The position numbers and the translations under genes were made by a program. The notes beneath the pieces are model-generated. The model searched no databases, was not told where the DNA came from, and worked only from the letters and a program-made list of their open reading frames with translations. A stretch of 64,000 bases of DNA. Origin: Chiloscyllium plagiosum. Taxonomy: Eukaryota. Shown piece after piece: positions 36,597 through 49,968 of the stretch. The stretch spans positions 29,413,206-29,477,205 of the forward strand of contig NC_057718.1 of NCBI RefSeq assembly GCF_004010195.1. Reading direction: 5' to 3'. The first letter of the stretch is position 1; every line of letters begins with the position of its first letter.

Positions 36597-38667
36597 ATTA
36601 AGAATGTAAGTCTTGGAATAAATATAAAAATTGGAAACAAATATAAATCCATCAAAAAAAGAAAAAAGGAGTTTGATTTTTCAGTTGGAACCAGATATGT
36701 GAACAGGTTCTCTCTCTGGGATGCTCACCAAACCTACATGTGCCTTGAATTTCTATCTCATATCTGCAGAACTGCATACATGCTTCCACAACTCGAGAGC
36801 AATACAATTATTTATAACCTTAAATGGATAAAATAGACCAAGTAGCATTACGCATAACTGATGACATGTTTGAATTTGGCAAAGTGTATCAATTTGCATC
36901 AAAACAAAACCCTAAGAGATTTTTAAAGTTTGTTGCAAAGGCAAAATTTATAACTATCATCATGCACTGTGCTAGGTTGATCTCTTAAGAGATATGATTC
37001 GTAGAATCATAGAAAACCAACAGTACAGAGAAAAGCTCATTCGGTTCACTGAATCCACACTGACCCCCGAAGAGAATCCCACTCATATCGCTGTAACCCA
37101 CATTTACCTTGGTTAATCCACCTAATCTGCACTTCTTTGGACTGTGGGAGGTAACCAGAGCATATGGAGGAAACCCACGCAGGCTGTGAGAGAATGTGAT
37201 TTATGAGCCTGAATCCTTTTTACTGGTCAAGATTTATTTATTTAATATGACAGAATTCCCCACATCCAAAAAAGTGCATTGGTCAACATTTATGTAATTA
37301 TACTGCTCAAATTTAATACATTAATGCTGCTGTTGGTGTTATGTTTATATAAGAGTTCCAAAATACCATAGTCTAAATGTGCAACAATGTTTGACAATAG
37401 ATATTAATTGTAGGCTGTTCCAGCTCAATATGTAGTTTGGCTTGCTTTAACTCTTTGCATTTATTAATCATATAATATTACAAGCAAAAGCTGTGTTGTT
37501 TACTGTTGGAAGAGAAAAATGTGCACAGGCTGACAGCATGAGTACCCATGAACCCAGCAATCTGCAATATCACTGATTGTTTGGCTGCCACCTGCTGGGA
37601 ACAGACTCTTTGTCAGTGAGTGTGTGTACACTGTCAATGGCAGCTTTTATTCCCTACAGACTGCTCAACATTTGCTCTGTTTTACGTCTTAAACCATCAA
37701 AAAGCCTGAATGCTGTTGTCTCATTCCCTGAAGATTACCACCCTGTCATTTACTGCAAATTCAGAACATCGAGCAACAGCAACTTATGAATTTATGCATT
37801 TGTTATTTTGTTGGAAAATTGCAGACAGAACATGACTGATAAAATACCATATGCCGCAGCAATAAATCTTTACACCTTTCAGGAACGTTTTCATTTTTTT
37901 ATGTACAGAGGAAGGATACACTGAAAACACTGGAAAATTAAAGCATAAAGTAACAGAAAAGTTGTTAGCAATACCAACATTCTGTGAACAAATGTAAAAA
38001 AAACTAAACAGATTCTGAGGATTTCCAGCTTAATTACAGGAATCACTACTACTTTACTGGTAACTAACTTAAGAGAACAGATAGCGTTTTTAATTTTGCT
38101 GCAGAAGAATACACTGTATACATAGGTTTCACGTCCAAGGAGAAAATGTTTAGGATTTCAATTGAGCAGCATCAATTTTACATTACACTTAGTATCATCT
38201 ATTTCTTGGGATTTGTAGTGGTACTTTATTACAAACAGGCATGTGATGTACTGAAATTGAGAGCAGTGTAAGGAACAATAAGGAAAGAAATCAGAATCTT
38301 TGTTCTGCATGTGTCACAGTGAAATAGGAGTTTAATTACAAGAGATTTTTACTCTACTGTTGTTAATGACAGTATAACGATATCATGATTTCTGTCTTCT
38401 GCAACAAGCATAGGAAGTGTTTTTTAAACCGTAATATTTTTAAAAAGTTATGCACCATATCAGAGCAGAATACACAATTGCCCACTTGCCCAATTCTGAA
38501 CAGTGATGCATCGCACCGTAATGATTACAGCTGCACTCAGTATTTGATCTTATAAAGATGCACTCATAAATAAAACGTGTCCCAACTACACAAAGAAGTG
38601 AAAAATAATTATTTATCAGATTTCCTATCTCTCATTTATCTCGTGATTTGATCTGCTACATTTAGCA

Positions 38668-38800
38668 CCAAGTTCTGACGTAGGGTTACTGGACTTGAAA
38701 AACTAATTGATTTCTTTCCATAGATGCTACCAGAGCTGCTGCATTTTTCCAGCAATTTATTTTTGTTTTTGATGCACAGCAACTGCAGTCCTTTTGCATT
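38668..38800 (+). mobile_element. Family B pseudo-LTR solo fragment (similar fragments at about 31497-31590 and 52745-52870)
   Basis: gttctgac...gggttactggacttgaaa...catagatgctaccagagctgctg...ttttccagca resembles the right arm at 47695-47770. Confidence 0.6.
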
Positions 38801-39082
38801 TAAAAAAAAAATTAACACAAGCATTGAGGATATAATTGAGGAAACTCAAGAAATATTTTCAAATCCTGAGAGAGAAGACGTGAACATACTGCTGAAACAA
38901 AAGCCCATTAAGTTAATAGCATCCATTCTGATCATTACTCACAAGGTAGTGCGCAGTAACATAAGTTAACATTATTGACACATTTGTTTAAATATGCAAC
39001 TCCAAACAGAAAAAGGAGAAAGGCAAAGTGACTATTAAATAATTTTTTTTACAAATCATATTACAGAATGATTAATGAATAC

Positions 39083-39198
39083 CTGTAAAAGGAGTTTGGC
39101 ATCTTCAGTTCTGTTGAGATCCATATATTGTAGGAAGAGGTCAGTCGCGGGCCTATACACTGCAAAATGATTAGCTAACCGCTCAGCCATGGCGCTCA
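39083..39198 (-). CDS. LRPPRC: LRPPRC internal coding exon (approx. exon 34)
   Basis: attgcag|tg ... ttacag|gtattc; 116 nt; SAMAERLANHFAVYRPATDLFLQYMDLNRTEDAKLLLQ. Confidence 0.95.
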
Positions 39199-39829
39199 CT
39201 GCAATATAAAAGGCACCAAATGCTAGTTTAGTTTAAATATAGCAAAGAATCTTATATTTTGCTCTATTGGCATTTAAATACTATTGTAACTTTCTCAAAA
39301 AAATTGTCATAGAATTTAACATTTATGTTTCACTTCACAAAGGTAAATGCTCGGGAGAAGGAAGAGGTTGGGGGAGGGAGGAGGTCACTGTTTAATTCGG
39401 GTGTATCTGTCAAAACTATTAAGGCAGCCTATCCAAAGAGGTTAACTCAGCACCAAAAAAAATTAGAATAGGATAGGAAAAGGAAACTCCAGAGGAGAAA
39501 GTGAAGCCTTGCATTTTATATAATGCATTTGTTTCTTCCTAGATCATTACAGAAAAAGGGAGTGGTTAGTTAGCTCAGTTTGTGGACAATTGATTTGTGA
39601 TACTGAGTGGTACTAGCTGTACGAATTCCATTTCCATGCCAGCTGAGGTTACCATGAAGGTCACACCTTCTCAACCTGAGGCAGTGACCCTCAGAGTAAA
39701 CCATCACCAATCATCTCTCTCCAGTGAGTGTGCAGCCCTCGGGTCTTCAAGACAGTTCTTTCTTATTGCCATCGTGGAGCCAGAAGTGGTTCAAATATTG
39801 TGTCTGAGTTAGGAAAATGATAAGTTCAA

Positions 39830-40545
39830 TTTATGATTAGGTACACGTGAATGGACAAAAACTGCAGAAATCTGAAAGTCAAAAGGAACTTGGTAGTACT
39901 TGAGCATGGAACAAATAAAGCTAGCATACAGGTTCAGGAGGAAATTAGAAAAGCCAATGCAATGTTGGCCCTCAGTTCCAGGGGTTGGGTATAACAGAAG
40001 GAAAGCCTTACTGCAGCTGTACAAGGTGCTGATGATATAACATCCGGAGTAGTGAGAACAGTTTTGGTCCCCTTATTTAAGGAAGGATATAATTTTATTG
40101 GAGGCAGTTCAGAGAAGGTTCACTAGGATGATCCCTGGTATGAAGGTATTGTCTAAGCAAGTTGGGACTCTATTCACTAGAGTTCAGAATGAGGGGTGAT
40201 CTCATTGAAACATAGAGGATTCTTAAGAGGCTTGACAAGGTAAATGTTGCGAGGATGCTTCTCCTCATGGGAGAGCCGAGGACCAGAAGGCATAATATTA
40301 CAATAAAGGAGTGCCAATTTAAGATTGAGATGAAGAGGAATTTCTTCCAAGAGTTGAGTGTCTTTGGAACTCCCTGTCAGACAGCATCATGGAAGCAGAG
40401 TCCTTGTGTACATTTAAAGGTAGATAGATCCTTGATCAGTGCAGGAGTCAAAGATTAAAGGAAAAGGACAGGAGAGCGGACATGAGGGGTGTAAGATCAG
40501 CCATGATTCTATTAAACAGCTGAGCAGGCTTGAGGGGCTGAATAG
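39830..40545 (+). mobile_element. CR1 LINE 3' fragment
   Basis: Decayed RT C-terminus (cagttttggtccccttatttaaggaagga; gttcagagaaggttcactagg) and 3' UTR gatcagccatgat. Confidence 0.8.
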
Positions 40546-40620
40546 CAGAATACTTGGTCAGCCAAGATAAAGCAACTAGTCTCAGTGTTCTCAAGTAGAG
40601 CAGAGAAATGCTAGTCAGGG

Positions 40621-41302
40621 GGATTTGGTATGTTTTGGTGCAGCCATTTGGGCACCGGCATTTTGGCACAGCCGGTTGGGCGCCAAACCTATGTGGCGCC
40701 AGCCCATTTGGCGACGGACGTTTTGGCACTAAGAACATTTCTTTATTTGTAAATCTATCTGTATGGATAGCTTCAGTGTAAAAAAATTACAATATATCTG
40801 TTATATGACCATCTGTTATGTTGAATAACCACGTATGTTTATCGAATGGTGTAGATAAGTTTTATTTCAGCATAAATATACTACTTGTACATATGAACAT
40901 ATAATTGCATACATTTTTTGTACTAAGTGGTTTTGTATATTGTAGTTGAGCTTGCAGCCTCGAAAAGACCAATAGGTATGTTGCTGTTTGCACTTCCTTT
41001 GTATTCATTGAGCTAGTACATATTTAGAAACAGGATATGATGGCTGAGGAGGTATTAACAAAACGCATTGATTAACAGATTTAATGTTTTTAGTGATTAA
41101 CAGATTTAATGTTTTAGTGATTAACAGATTTAATGTTTTTATTTTTCAATAAAGTTAGTTTTAAAACTTTAAAAAGTTCTACCTTTGAATGATCAACATT
41201 TTTTTCCGAGTGCCAAAACATCTGTCGCCAAACAAGCTGGCCCCCAAATGGCTATGCCAAAACGCCGGCGCCCAAACGGCTGCGCCCAATCATCCCATTT
41301 CA
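40621..41302. mobile_element. Non-autonomous DNA transposon (MITE) with about 110-bp GC-rich TIRs; superfamily uncertain (Mutator/Merlin/hAT-like 8-bp TSD)
   Basis: Left ...gcagccatttgggcaccggcattttggcacagcc...tttggcgacggacgttttggcact vs right agtgccaaaacatctgtcgccaaa...gccaaaacgccggcgcccaaacggctgc; flanks agtcaggg / ggtcaggg. Confidence 0.8.
41069..41141 (+). repeat. About 25-bp tandem repeat, 3 copies, inside the MITE
   Basis: tgattaacagatttaatgttttt(ag) x3. Confidence 0.92.
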
Positions 41303-42276
41303 GGTCAGGGATACAACTCTCCATTACAAACTAACAACCTCACTGGAAGCATGCATGTGGACATCATTTCAGGATAATCCTACCAATATCCCACAAGAGG
41401 GTTCCTAGCAATAAAAGATGGACTTGGAGGCATGGGAGCTTTGGAGCCACACCCCCATAGAATTTTATACAGTGAATACTATCCCTAGTAAGGCACTAGT
41501 GATTGAACAGTAGTCACAGAATTGGAACGGCATCTGAGAATGATTGATACAAATGGAACTATGCTTCACGCAAAGTACCTTGGTGGGAGCTAGAGAAAGG
41601 AAAATACCATTAACTAACTGCTTTCACAATGACAAAGGGAGTCAGCTATTTCGTCAAGTTACTTTGTTAACTTTCCAAAGCTTCGTAGCTAACCATTCAA
41701 GTTTGAGCTTACAGGCCACAAATTTTACATGTGCTTTTCACAAATTTGTGAAGCCATTGGTCCTGCAAAGACATTTAAATTTATAAGGACAGACTGTAAA
41801 CAGAAAAAACAATTTGGAAGATATGACTAATTGATGTGTCACCGCAGCAGAGTCTCAAGCTCATTGTACTTATCTGATAAACACTCTTCCAACTGCATGA
41901 TTATGGTGCTGCAAGTCACCCCATTAATAGCTATGAAACCCACCCAACACAATGGGTATGAGAATTGTCAATTCCTAGCACAGTTAATAGTAGTACCACA
42001 CACATTTTGTCTGAGCTACCCATGATTGGACACCAAAAAAAGCAGATGACCGCAACTCCTATCACAGGAGTGTGAAGGAAGATCCTGCATAAATGGAGCC
42101 AAATGGAAGCATTAGGGCTCAAGCTGAAAGGCAAACAAGCAACACCAAAACAACTAAAATTTCAAATATAAAACTTGGTTAAGTCCTAGACCATACCCAA
42201 TATTGATCTCTCTTGCATTTTTGAATTTAAGTACAAGAATTATAAACAAGCAGTATATAAAGTCAGATAAACTTAC

Positions 42277-42416
42277 ATTTGTCTATTGCTGCTTCACAAT
42301 TTTCCTCTAATATTTTTCTAAAGACATAGGACATGCTAGTTGCTTGCTGCTGAGGACTATTTTCTCCTGGAATGTAGAATGGTTCAATATATTCCACTGC
42401 TGTGTCAATATTGTTA
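42277..42416 (-). CDS. LRPPRC: LRPPRC internal coding exon (approx. exon 33)
   Basis: ttctctcag|t ... aaat|gtaagt; 140 nt; NNIDTAVEYIEPFYIPGENSPQQQATSMSYVFRKILEENCEAAIDK. Confidence 0.93.
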
Positions 42417-44169
42417 CTGAGAGAAAACAGAACAAAATGTTGGATTGTATCTTAAAGTTACAATCTTACAAGTAGCCGCCAGATACAAAACAGAAAACAA
42501 AGCACAAATGCATTTTTTTTTAGAAAATTTTGCTATTTGTTTGAATGGTTGTTACTATAGTGAAGCAAAAATGATAAAACTGGTAAAATAATTCAGGTTG
42601 AATAGAGACAAATCAACAGTAATCAGATGCAGCATTTGAACAAACTGACCTTGAGAAGTCTAACTTACAGTGATGCACTTGTAAGAGGAAATAAATTTGT
42701 GTTAAATGGCAGATGTTGTGTGGATATCTGCACGCTCAACTCACCCAGTTTACAAGCTCCAATAAATTCTTAAACATGCAAATATTGCACTAAGGCATCA
42801 TCTCTAAATAATTCAGGCTAAAAAGACATTTTAATCTTTATCACGCTATTAAATATTTATTAATAAAGATACACACATCCTTCTAAAAATATCACTTACT
42901 CTGCAAGTAAAACGCAAGAGTTGAAGAAAAGGAATAAAGAGTTCGATTGTACTGGAAATTGCGATACTTTCAATCAAATATTAAGCACAGGGTAAAATAA
43001 AGAAACAGGTTGGATATTTGGGTTTGGCAGAAAGACTCAGGCAATGCTATAGAAATCTTTCTTTGCCATTAGTCCAAATTAGGGAAATATAGAAAAAGTT
43101 TTCACACATCCACACCTTGGTAAAATCAAGAAAATTAAAATCCTAACACCATGCCATATTTTGCTAATGCCCGGTGTAGCATTGTACCATGAAAGATCAT
43201 GACTGTTAATTGCTTCCTATTCAGAAAAAGGGCGTTGTATCAGAGAACAAGTTAGAAAAATGTAAACCATTTACAGTAACAATATTAACAAGCGCTTTAT
43301 AAAATGCAAATATCTGCCCCAAATTGCTATTGTAATTAAGCAAATATACTGTAAATAGAATGTGATCATTGGCAATAAAAATTTTATATTCAACTCATAT
43401 TGTTGACAAAGATTAGCCGTCAGTTAGCTCACTCCTGAGGTAAAAGTTACATTATTCTTTTTAAATGAAGGTTGAAATTAGAACAGGAATTATGAAAGAA
43501 GAGAATACTAAAATTATTTGGCACTGCTCATAATTTTTTGTATTAAAATGTTGGCTAAAATTCTCTTCAATCTGCTGTTAATCTTCCATTAAGCAATTTT
43601 CACAAGTACTTTATTTGTTAAATTAAAATGGATGTTCACAACCAATGGTTAACTGAAATGATTACTGCCATTCCAACACATTTTTGAAACCTTGATGTTT
43701 AAATTCCAAGCAAATACTTACTGAGTTAGGGCCAATATGTTCTGAATAGTCATTAATACTGCTAATAACAAAGGGTGATTATTTTCACTTTTCAGGAAAT
43801 TAGTATATTGAGGAGGAAGCAAGAAAGACAACAGCAAAGAGAATGAGAAAGCAGATAACTAAAGGTTGGCATAATACAAAAAAAAACAAAAATAAGTATG
43901 CTTATACATACATGAATGCACTTCTCCATTAAAAATTAAACTGTTAACAGAATTGTGCTGCTTTCAATAAATGTCTTTTTTAGGAGAATACAAACACTTC
44001 TCAAAAAAAAGTGAAAATATTTCAAATTAATAGGATATTCTTGAAACCAATAAATTATTTGTGAAGCTCAAGTTTCATTAAGCTTGCAAGAAGATTTATA
44101 GTGGCAATCTTACTTGAATTCAGAGTGGTATATTTTGCTAAATTATCTCAACAAAAAAAAATTACTTAC

Positions 44170-44374
44170 TTCTTTATATGAGCCAGGACTAAGTTATTGA
44201 TAAATAACATCTTGGACAAGTTGATATGTCGTGCCAAGTTGCTCATCAATTTTTCCACAAACTGAATTTTCTCCACATCACCCTTGGAGGCTAAAGCTTG
44301 GACTAACCGTGCAACAGCGAGCTGACTGGGTACTTGATTAACTTGCAACATCTCTTTTAGGGTAGAAGCAGCAT
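44170..44374 (-). CDS. LRPPRC: LRPPRC internal coding exon (approx. exon 32)
   Basis: atttcag|at ... aagaa|gtaagt; 205 nt; AASTLKEMLQVNQVPSQLAVARLVQALASKGDVEKI...MLFINNLVLAHIK. Confidence 0.95.
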
Positions 44375-46066
44375 CTGAAATTAAATTTAACCAAATATAA
44401 TGAAGGGATTTTATAAAAAGTGTTAAAATATTATTTTTTGCAAAATAATTTCACAAGTGCTGCAACTGCATTTCCCCCCAGTAGTTGCAAGCACAAGTCA
44501 ATAGGCGACAAAACATCTTTTTCCAACTGAAGCAAAATTGATTTGACACTGAAAATAAGTGAATCTTATGACTTTAGTTAACATCTATGAAAATGATTCC
44601 TTTAGCTCATCAAGTTTACAGGTCGATCTGTATAATATTTCCGTTTTTGTCTAACCTTTTGAGACCCATTTTCTTCAAGAGAAGGGCTGCTTTTGATTGA
44701 TAATCACACATTGATGTCAGATATGAATAGTTTTAAAACGTTACTGATTCAAATTTAGTGAACTTAACTTGCACGTGTAAAAGTTCTCGTCTATCCATTA
44801 ATCAATACATAGGCAAGTTTGAGGAGCACCTTATTCACATTTACCTTGAACAAAAATGTTGGTTTCCATCGGATTTACAAAAAAAAACTTACTTCAAATA
44901 TTATCCAAAACAATGTTGTGCAAAATAAATAGACCATAATGAGAATATACATATTCATCTCAGTTTCAAAACCGGAGATTCTATCTCAGAGTTGCACAAA
45001 ATAAGTTTGATTTTGTGGGGGTAAAACAGTTTCAAGGAGGAAAGTGCCACAACATTAAAAACAAATTATTAATAAAGGTTGCTTTTACATACTTTGTCTG
45101 AAATGCAGTATTATTAAAACAGAACTGATTTAATTGTCCTTCCTTTAAACAAAGCATTTTCAATATGAACATGTGGTTCTATGCTGTAACTTCAAATACT
45201 ATCTACATGTCATTTGTTCTAATTTGATAATTAAATGTTTTTAGTATCTACTATAATTATAAAATGAAAGAACAAAAACTTAAATGTAATTTTCAGAAAG
45301 AAACAGCATTGGAAAAATGTTGAACATTTAAAAAAGATGAATAGATGGAAGGGATAATACCTTGAAATCTAATCTATGAAGTCTTATCTTCTACTTGTAA
45401 AGCAGAATAGGACTTAAAAGAACACAAGTATAAATAAAGTAATTACTGTACACAAAAACAAAGTTTCAAGTTTTTGTAGATGTTTTGGTTAACAATAAAC
45501 ATTTAAGACTGTTAACATCAGCATCATCCACTACCTCTCTCAATATTTAATTTATCAAGCAAAAATAATTCTTAGGCAACACCTCAATGAAGATAGTAAG
45601 GTTGAATCCCTCGTACCTACCCCTGCAGAAAAGTTCTTACCCAATATCTCTTTTCGAACAAAATTTCTTTAGTTGCAATTGCTTTGCAGAAATTTCTATT
45701 ATTTTGCAACTGTGTAAAGGTGAATTTGCTCATTCATCCATTTCTAAAATTTTTGAAAGCTTGTACTTTTCACCCACCACCCCCACCCCCTAAGTCTGCA
45801 GCCCACTGTTTTAGCTAAGACAAAACCATCCTCTGTTAAATGGAATGGAAACTGGACTAAGTGGCCAAATGACAAGTACATTCATATTCAGCTTCAGTTG
45901 TATTATAGATGCATATATAGTAATTTATGTCTCCCAGCTACTACAAAAGACTCTTGATAAGCAGGTAATTTGCTAAATGGACTCCTTTATCACAGCTTAC
46001 GAAAGGCGTTACATGAAAATCTGCAGAGGCATTAACATGATGTAAAGGTCATAATGTGTGACATAC

Positions 46067-46155
46067 CTTTCAGATTATCCCGCCTAACTTGCGTTATGAT
46101 GAGTAGGCTGTTGGCAGCGTCGTTCAGTGTAAAGCCCTTGATGCGGGTCTCAACT
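46067..46155 (-). CDS. LRPPRC: LRPPRC internal coding exon (approx. exon 31)
   Basis: tctttag|a ... aaag|gtatgt; 89 nt; [29 protein letters not shown]. Confidence 0.95.
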
Positions 46156-46962
46156 CTAAAGAAGCAGACATTTAGAAAGGAATTACTGACATGCTTCTGA
46201 TATGATAATAAATGGTTGAGACCGAGGTGAAATTATAAAAACTACCATTCCAATGTTAAAAATTTTGCCACAAATGTCGACCTGTAGACAGCTTTTATGT
46301 TAGAACGTCAAATACTGAAATAGTGTTTTTTCTCTCCCTTTCTTTCTTTTTTTTGGTTCTGACAGCTGCCATAAGTGGTACCCTAGGCAGTAGAGAGAGT
46401 AATGTTTAAGCAAGTGGTCTAGCTTCCAGAACATTATCTCTTAAACATGAAGATATTAGACATTGAAAAAGTCGCAGATCAGAGTCTCAGCTTGTATGTG
46501 ATTTCGGTGGGGGTTGGCGATTGCAAATCATGTTTCACTGTGAAATCAGAGTCATATACAATATCTACCACTGACGGTAAGTAACAACAGTTGTTTTTGT
46601 GCATCTAAACAATGAAGCCACGTTATCCATGGGAGGATGTGTTCTTCATCCCAAAACCTACAGCTTTGTGACCGAAACACTAGGTGCCTCCTAAAAATCA
46701 ATCCACCTAACACCATATGCAGCCATGAAGTCACACCACAAGTGCAAAATCATTTGGGTTTTTGTATTGATTCTCTGGATGAAAATTTAACAATCTGGCC
46801 ACAAAATATGATGCACTTCCTGGAAAACATGTAAAATATTTTATCCTACCGTACAATAAAAACATACAATTGCTGAACAATTCACACTTGAAAATCAACA
46901 CAGTCTGTTACACAACTCTTGTCAGTTTCGCTCATTTGGCAGAACACAATTGTTAGAAGGTA

Positions 46963-48159
46963 CAAAAACAGATATTACTGGAAAACTTCAGTAGGTCTGG
47001 CAGCATCTGTGGAGATAAAACAGAGTTAACTTTTCATGTTCAGTGACCCCTTCTTCAGAACTGATTGTAGGCTAGGAAAAGCTTTGAATATTTGCTGAAG
47101 GTGGGGTGGTGAGATAAGTGGAGATGAAGCCCAAGGAGAGAGAACAGTAATTGGGCAGAGAAAGGAATGGGTAAAGGTCAAACTTGGAGAATCAATGGTT
47201 GCTAGCTGACAATGGGTTGGTTATGGCAGCAGCTTATGTGATGACAAGACCAGGTATGGGGGCTTGGGGTAAGGACACAACCCTAAATTATTGAACTCAA
47301 TACAGAGTCATGAAGGCTGTGCAGCACCGTAGCAGAAAATGAGATAATTGCTCTTTGAGCTTACGTTGAGCGCTGCAGTGAGCCCTAAGATAGAGATGTT
47401 GGCCAGGGAACATAGTGATGCGTTGATTTGGTAAACAACAGGAAGCTCAGTATTACTGAAGCACACATCAAGCCTCATCATCACATGGGCTGCTACCACA
47501 ACGGACCCATCGTCAGCTACTAATGGCCCCCATTAGCTGTTTTTCATTTTCCTCGGCTGACCTTTACCCATCTTTTTTTAATCTAATCAACTGCTGTTCT
47601 CTCTCTCTCTCTTTGGACTGCATCTCCACCTAATGTTTACTTCTCTCTCCACCCTACCTTCAGCATATATACCAAACATTTTCGAGCTACAATCAGTTCT
47701 GAAGGAGGGTCACATGTCCTGAAATGTTAACTCTGCTTTCTCTCCACAGATGCTGCCAGACCTGCTAGGTTAGATTAGATTAGATTAGATTACAGTGTGG
47801 AAACAGGCCCTTCGGCCCAACAAGTCCACACCGACCCGCCGAAGCGAAACCCACCCATACCCCTACATTTACCCCTTACCTAACACTATGGGCAATTTAG
47901 TATGGCCAATTCACCTGACCCTGCACATCTTTGGACTGTGGGAGGAAACCGGAGCACCCGGAGGAAACCCACGCAGACACGGGGAGAACGTGCAAACTCC
48001 ACACAGTCAGTCGCCTGAGGCGGGAATTGAACCCGGATCTCTGGCGCTGTGAGGCAGCAGTGCTAACCACTGTGCCACCGTGCCGCCCACCTGTGCCACC
48101 GTGTCTCCAGCAATTTCTATTTTTGTTCCTGATTTCCAGCATCCATATTTTTTTTTGTT
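46963..48159. mobile_element. Family B Penelope-derived element with about 300-bp inverted arms and GIY-YIG C-terminal remnant, interrupted by a young SINE
   Basis: Arms ggtctggcagcatctgtggag...ttcagaactgattgtag / ctacaatcagttctgaa...ctccacagatgctgccagacc; minus strand about 47290-47370 resembles decayed QRKL.EQ.LIF..G.LQP..L.IEFN; tgttagaag repeated at 46951 and 48162. Confidence 0.75.
47771..48088 (-). mobile_element. HE1/V-SINE-type SINE, young full-length copy
   Basis: Nearly identical to 16821-17130; (tagat)n tail. Confidence 0.88.
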
Positions 48160-49768
48160 ACTGTTAGAAGAATGCTGCTGTAAAATAAACCGAATGCAGG
48201 GTATTCAGCAGATCAAAAGATCAAATTTGATGGACACTGAAGATTCCACTAGACCCACTATCCTGTCCAACAATCCCCTGATCCAACTTAACCATAAATA
48301 GATCAACTGATCAATTATTTTTCGACTCATTTGTGAAATGTTAATAAGGTTAGTACTTTTTCCTATACCAATCATTACATTTCAAAAGCAATTTATGAGA
48401 AGTTTTGAAACATTAAAAACACTAAAAACAGCTTCAAAAAATATATAATACTTGACAATTATGCTCCCAATTAGACAATATAAAAGCAACCAGGTGCAAT
48501 AATTTAAGTCATAACATCGCAAAACTACAAATCGTGCAGCTCAGTAAACACCTTTCCCATTTCACAATGCAGTTATTTCATCTTCAAACAGCATTGGAAG
48601 CACATTCATAGGAGGTTCTACATAACTGCAACTTCTCCAATTTAAACTTATTATATATAATGAATGACTTATTGTATCAAGAATCTTGAAACAGTAATTC
48701 AGAGATCATATGATGACTTTGAATTAACTGAAGATAGCATTTGATTCAAAAACAATGAACATTTACAGGAATGCCTCAGGTGGACACTAAATAAAAAGTT
48801 AAAATAAAATCAAAAAGAACTACAACCTTGACTGCTTCATAGTTACGTCTCATGTTTCCAGACTGAAGGTGCACAGGTTTGCATTTGGTTAAAATACATT
48901 CTTTGTAGCAATTTCTGTCCATACGTCAGAAAAAATTTCATTCAGGAAAATAAAGCCTGTAACATACAGACAACTGATCTGGTTCCAAACTTCATAATTA
49001 AACATGTCACCTTGTCTATAAACAATCTACTTATCTTCACCCCACATCACAAATCATCCTGCAACTCCCCTGCCCACTCCTTATTACTCATCAACCAACT
49101 GAACAATGCAGGTTTAAGCCCTTATTAAATGAACTGCAGGCATTAGGAAGAGTGGTGGTACACTACTCAGAAAATAAAAACTTACCATCAAACATGACTG
49201 CATTTAACAGGCCAGGAGTACTATCACTAAGCCAAGCTGAGTTAGCTGAGTCACAGCTAAAATACATCAGTGGTTGTATTCATTCATTATTCAAACTGCA
49301 TTACTGAGAACTTGTACATTGCCTGCCTTCTTGTAATGATCCTTCAGGTTAGTATTAGACTCTGGATCTCCTCATTCTAGATCATCTTCTATTTCAAACC
49401 TGTCCATGTTTCTTAAAAGCAGCTTTCTATTGCAATTGCTCAAACGTTTTGCTCATTCCTTCCATTTGCTTCATTTTCCTAATAGAGGCATGACAAAATT
49501 GGGAGGAACAATAGGCCTCTGTAATTTGGCTTTGCTACTTTGGATCACAAAACTCCATCCTTGGCATATGATTGTTCAGATCCCACTTCATGCATTTTTT
49601 ACACACTAAGCATGAAAATGATTTAACTTTACTCAATCTTCACTCAGCTTTTCTGGTGGAGGACACAACATTTGATTTACCTTTCTTAATTATTGATTAT
49701 ACTACAATATTAAAAATGTCCAAAAGTACTGCAGGTTAACAAGCCCAATTATCAACCATGCTTAATTG

Positions 49769-49968
49769 GGAGAAGGTGAGGACTGCAGATGCGGATCATA
49801 GTCGACAGTGTGGTGCTGGAAAAGCACAACAGGTCAGGCAGCATCCGAGAAGTACGAGCCCTTCATCAGGAATTCTCTGAAAGGCTTATGCCCGAAATGT
49901 CGATTCTTCTGCTCCTCGGATGCTGCCTGACCTGCTTTGCTTTTCCAGCATCACACTCTCGACTCTGA
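49769..49968. mobile_element. Palindromic family A Penelope-derived element
   Basis: Inverted arms agtcgacagtgtggtgctggaaaagc...gcatccgag / ctcggatgc...gcttttccagcatcacactctcgact with hammerhead remnants in the centre. Confidence 0.75.
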
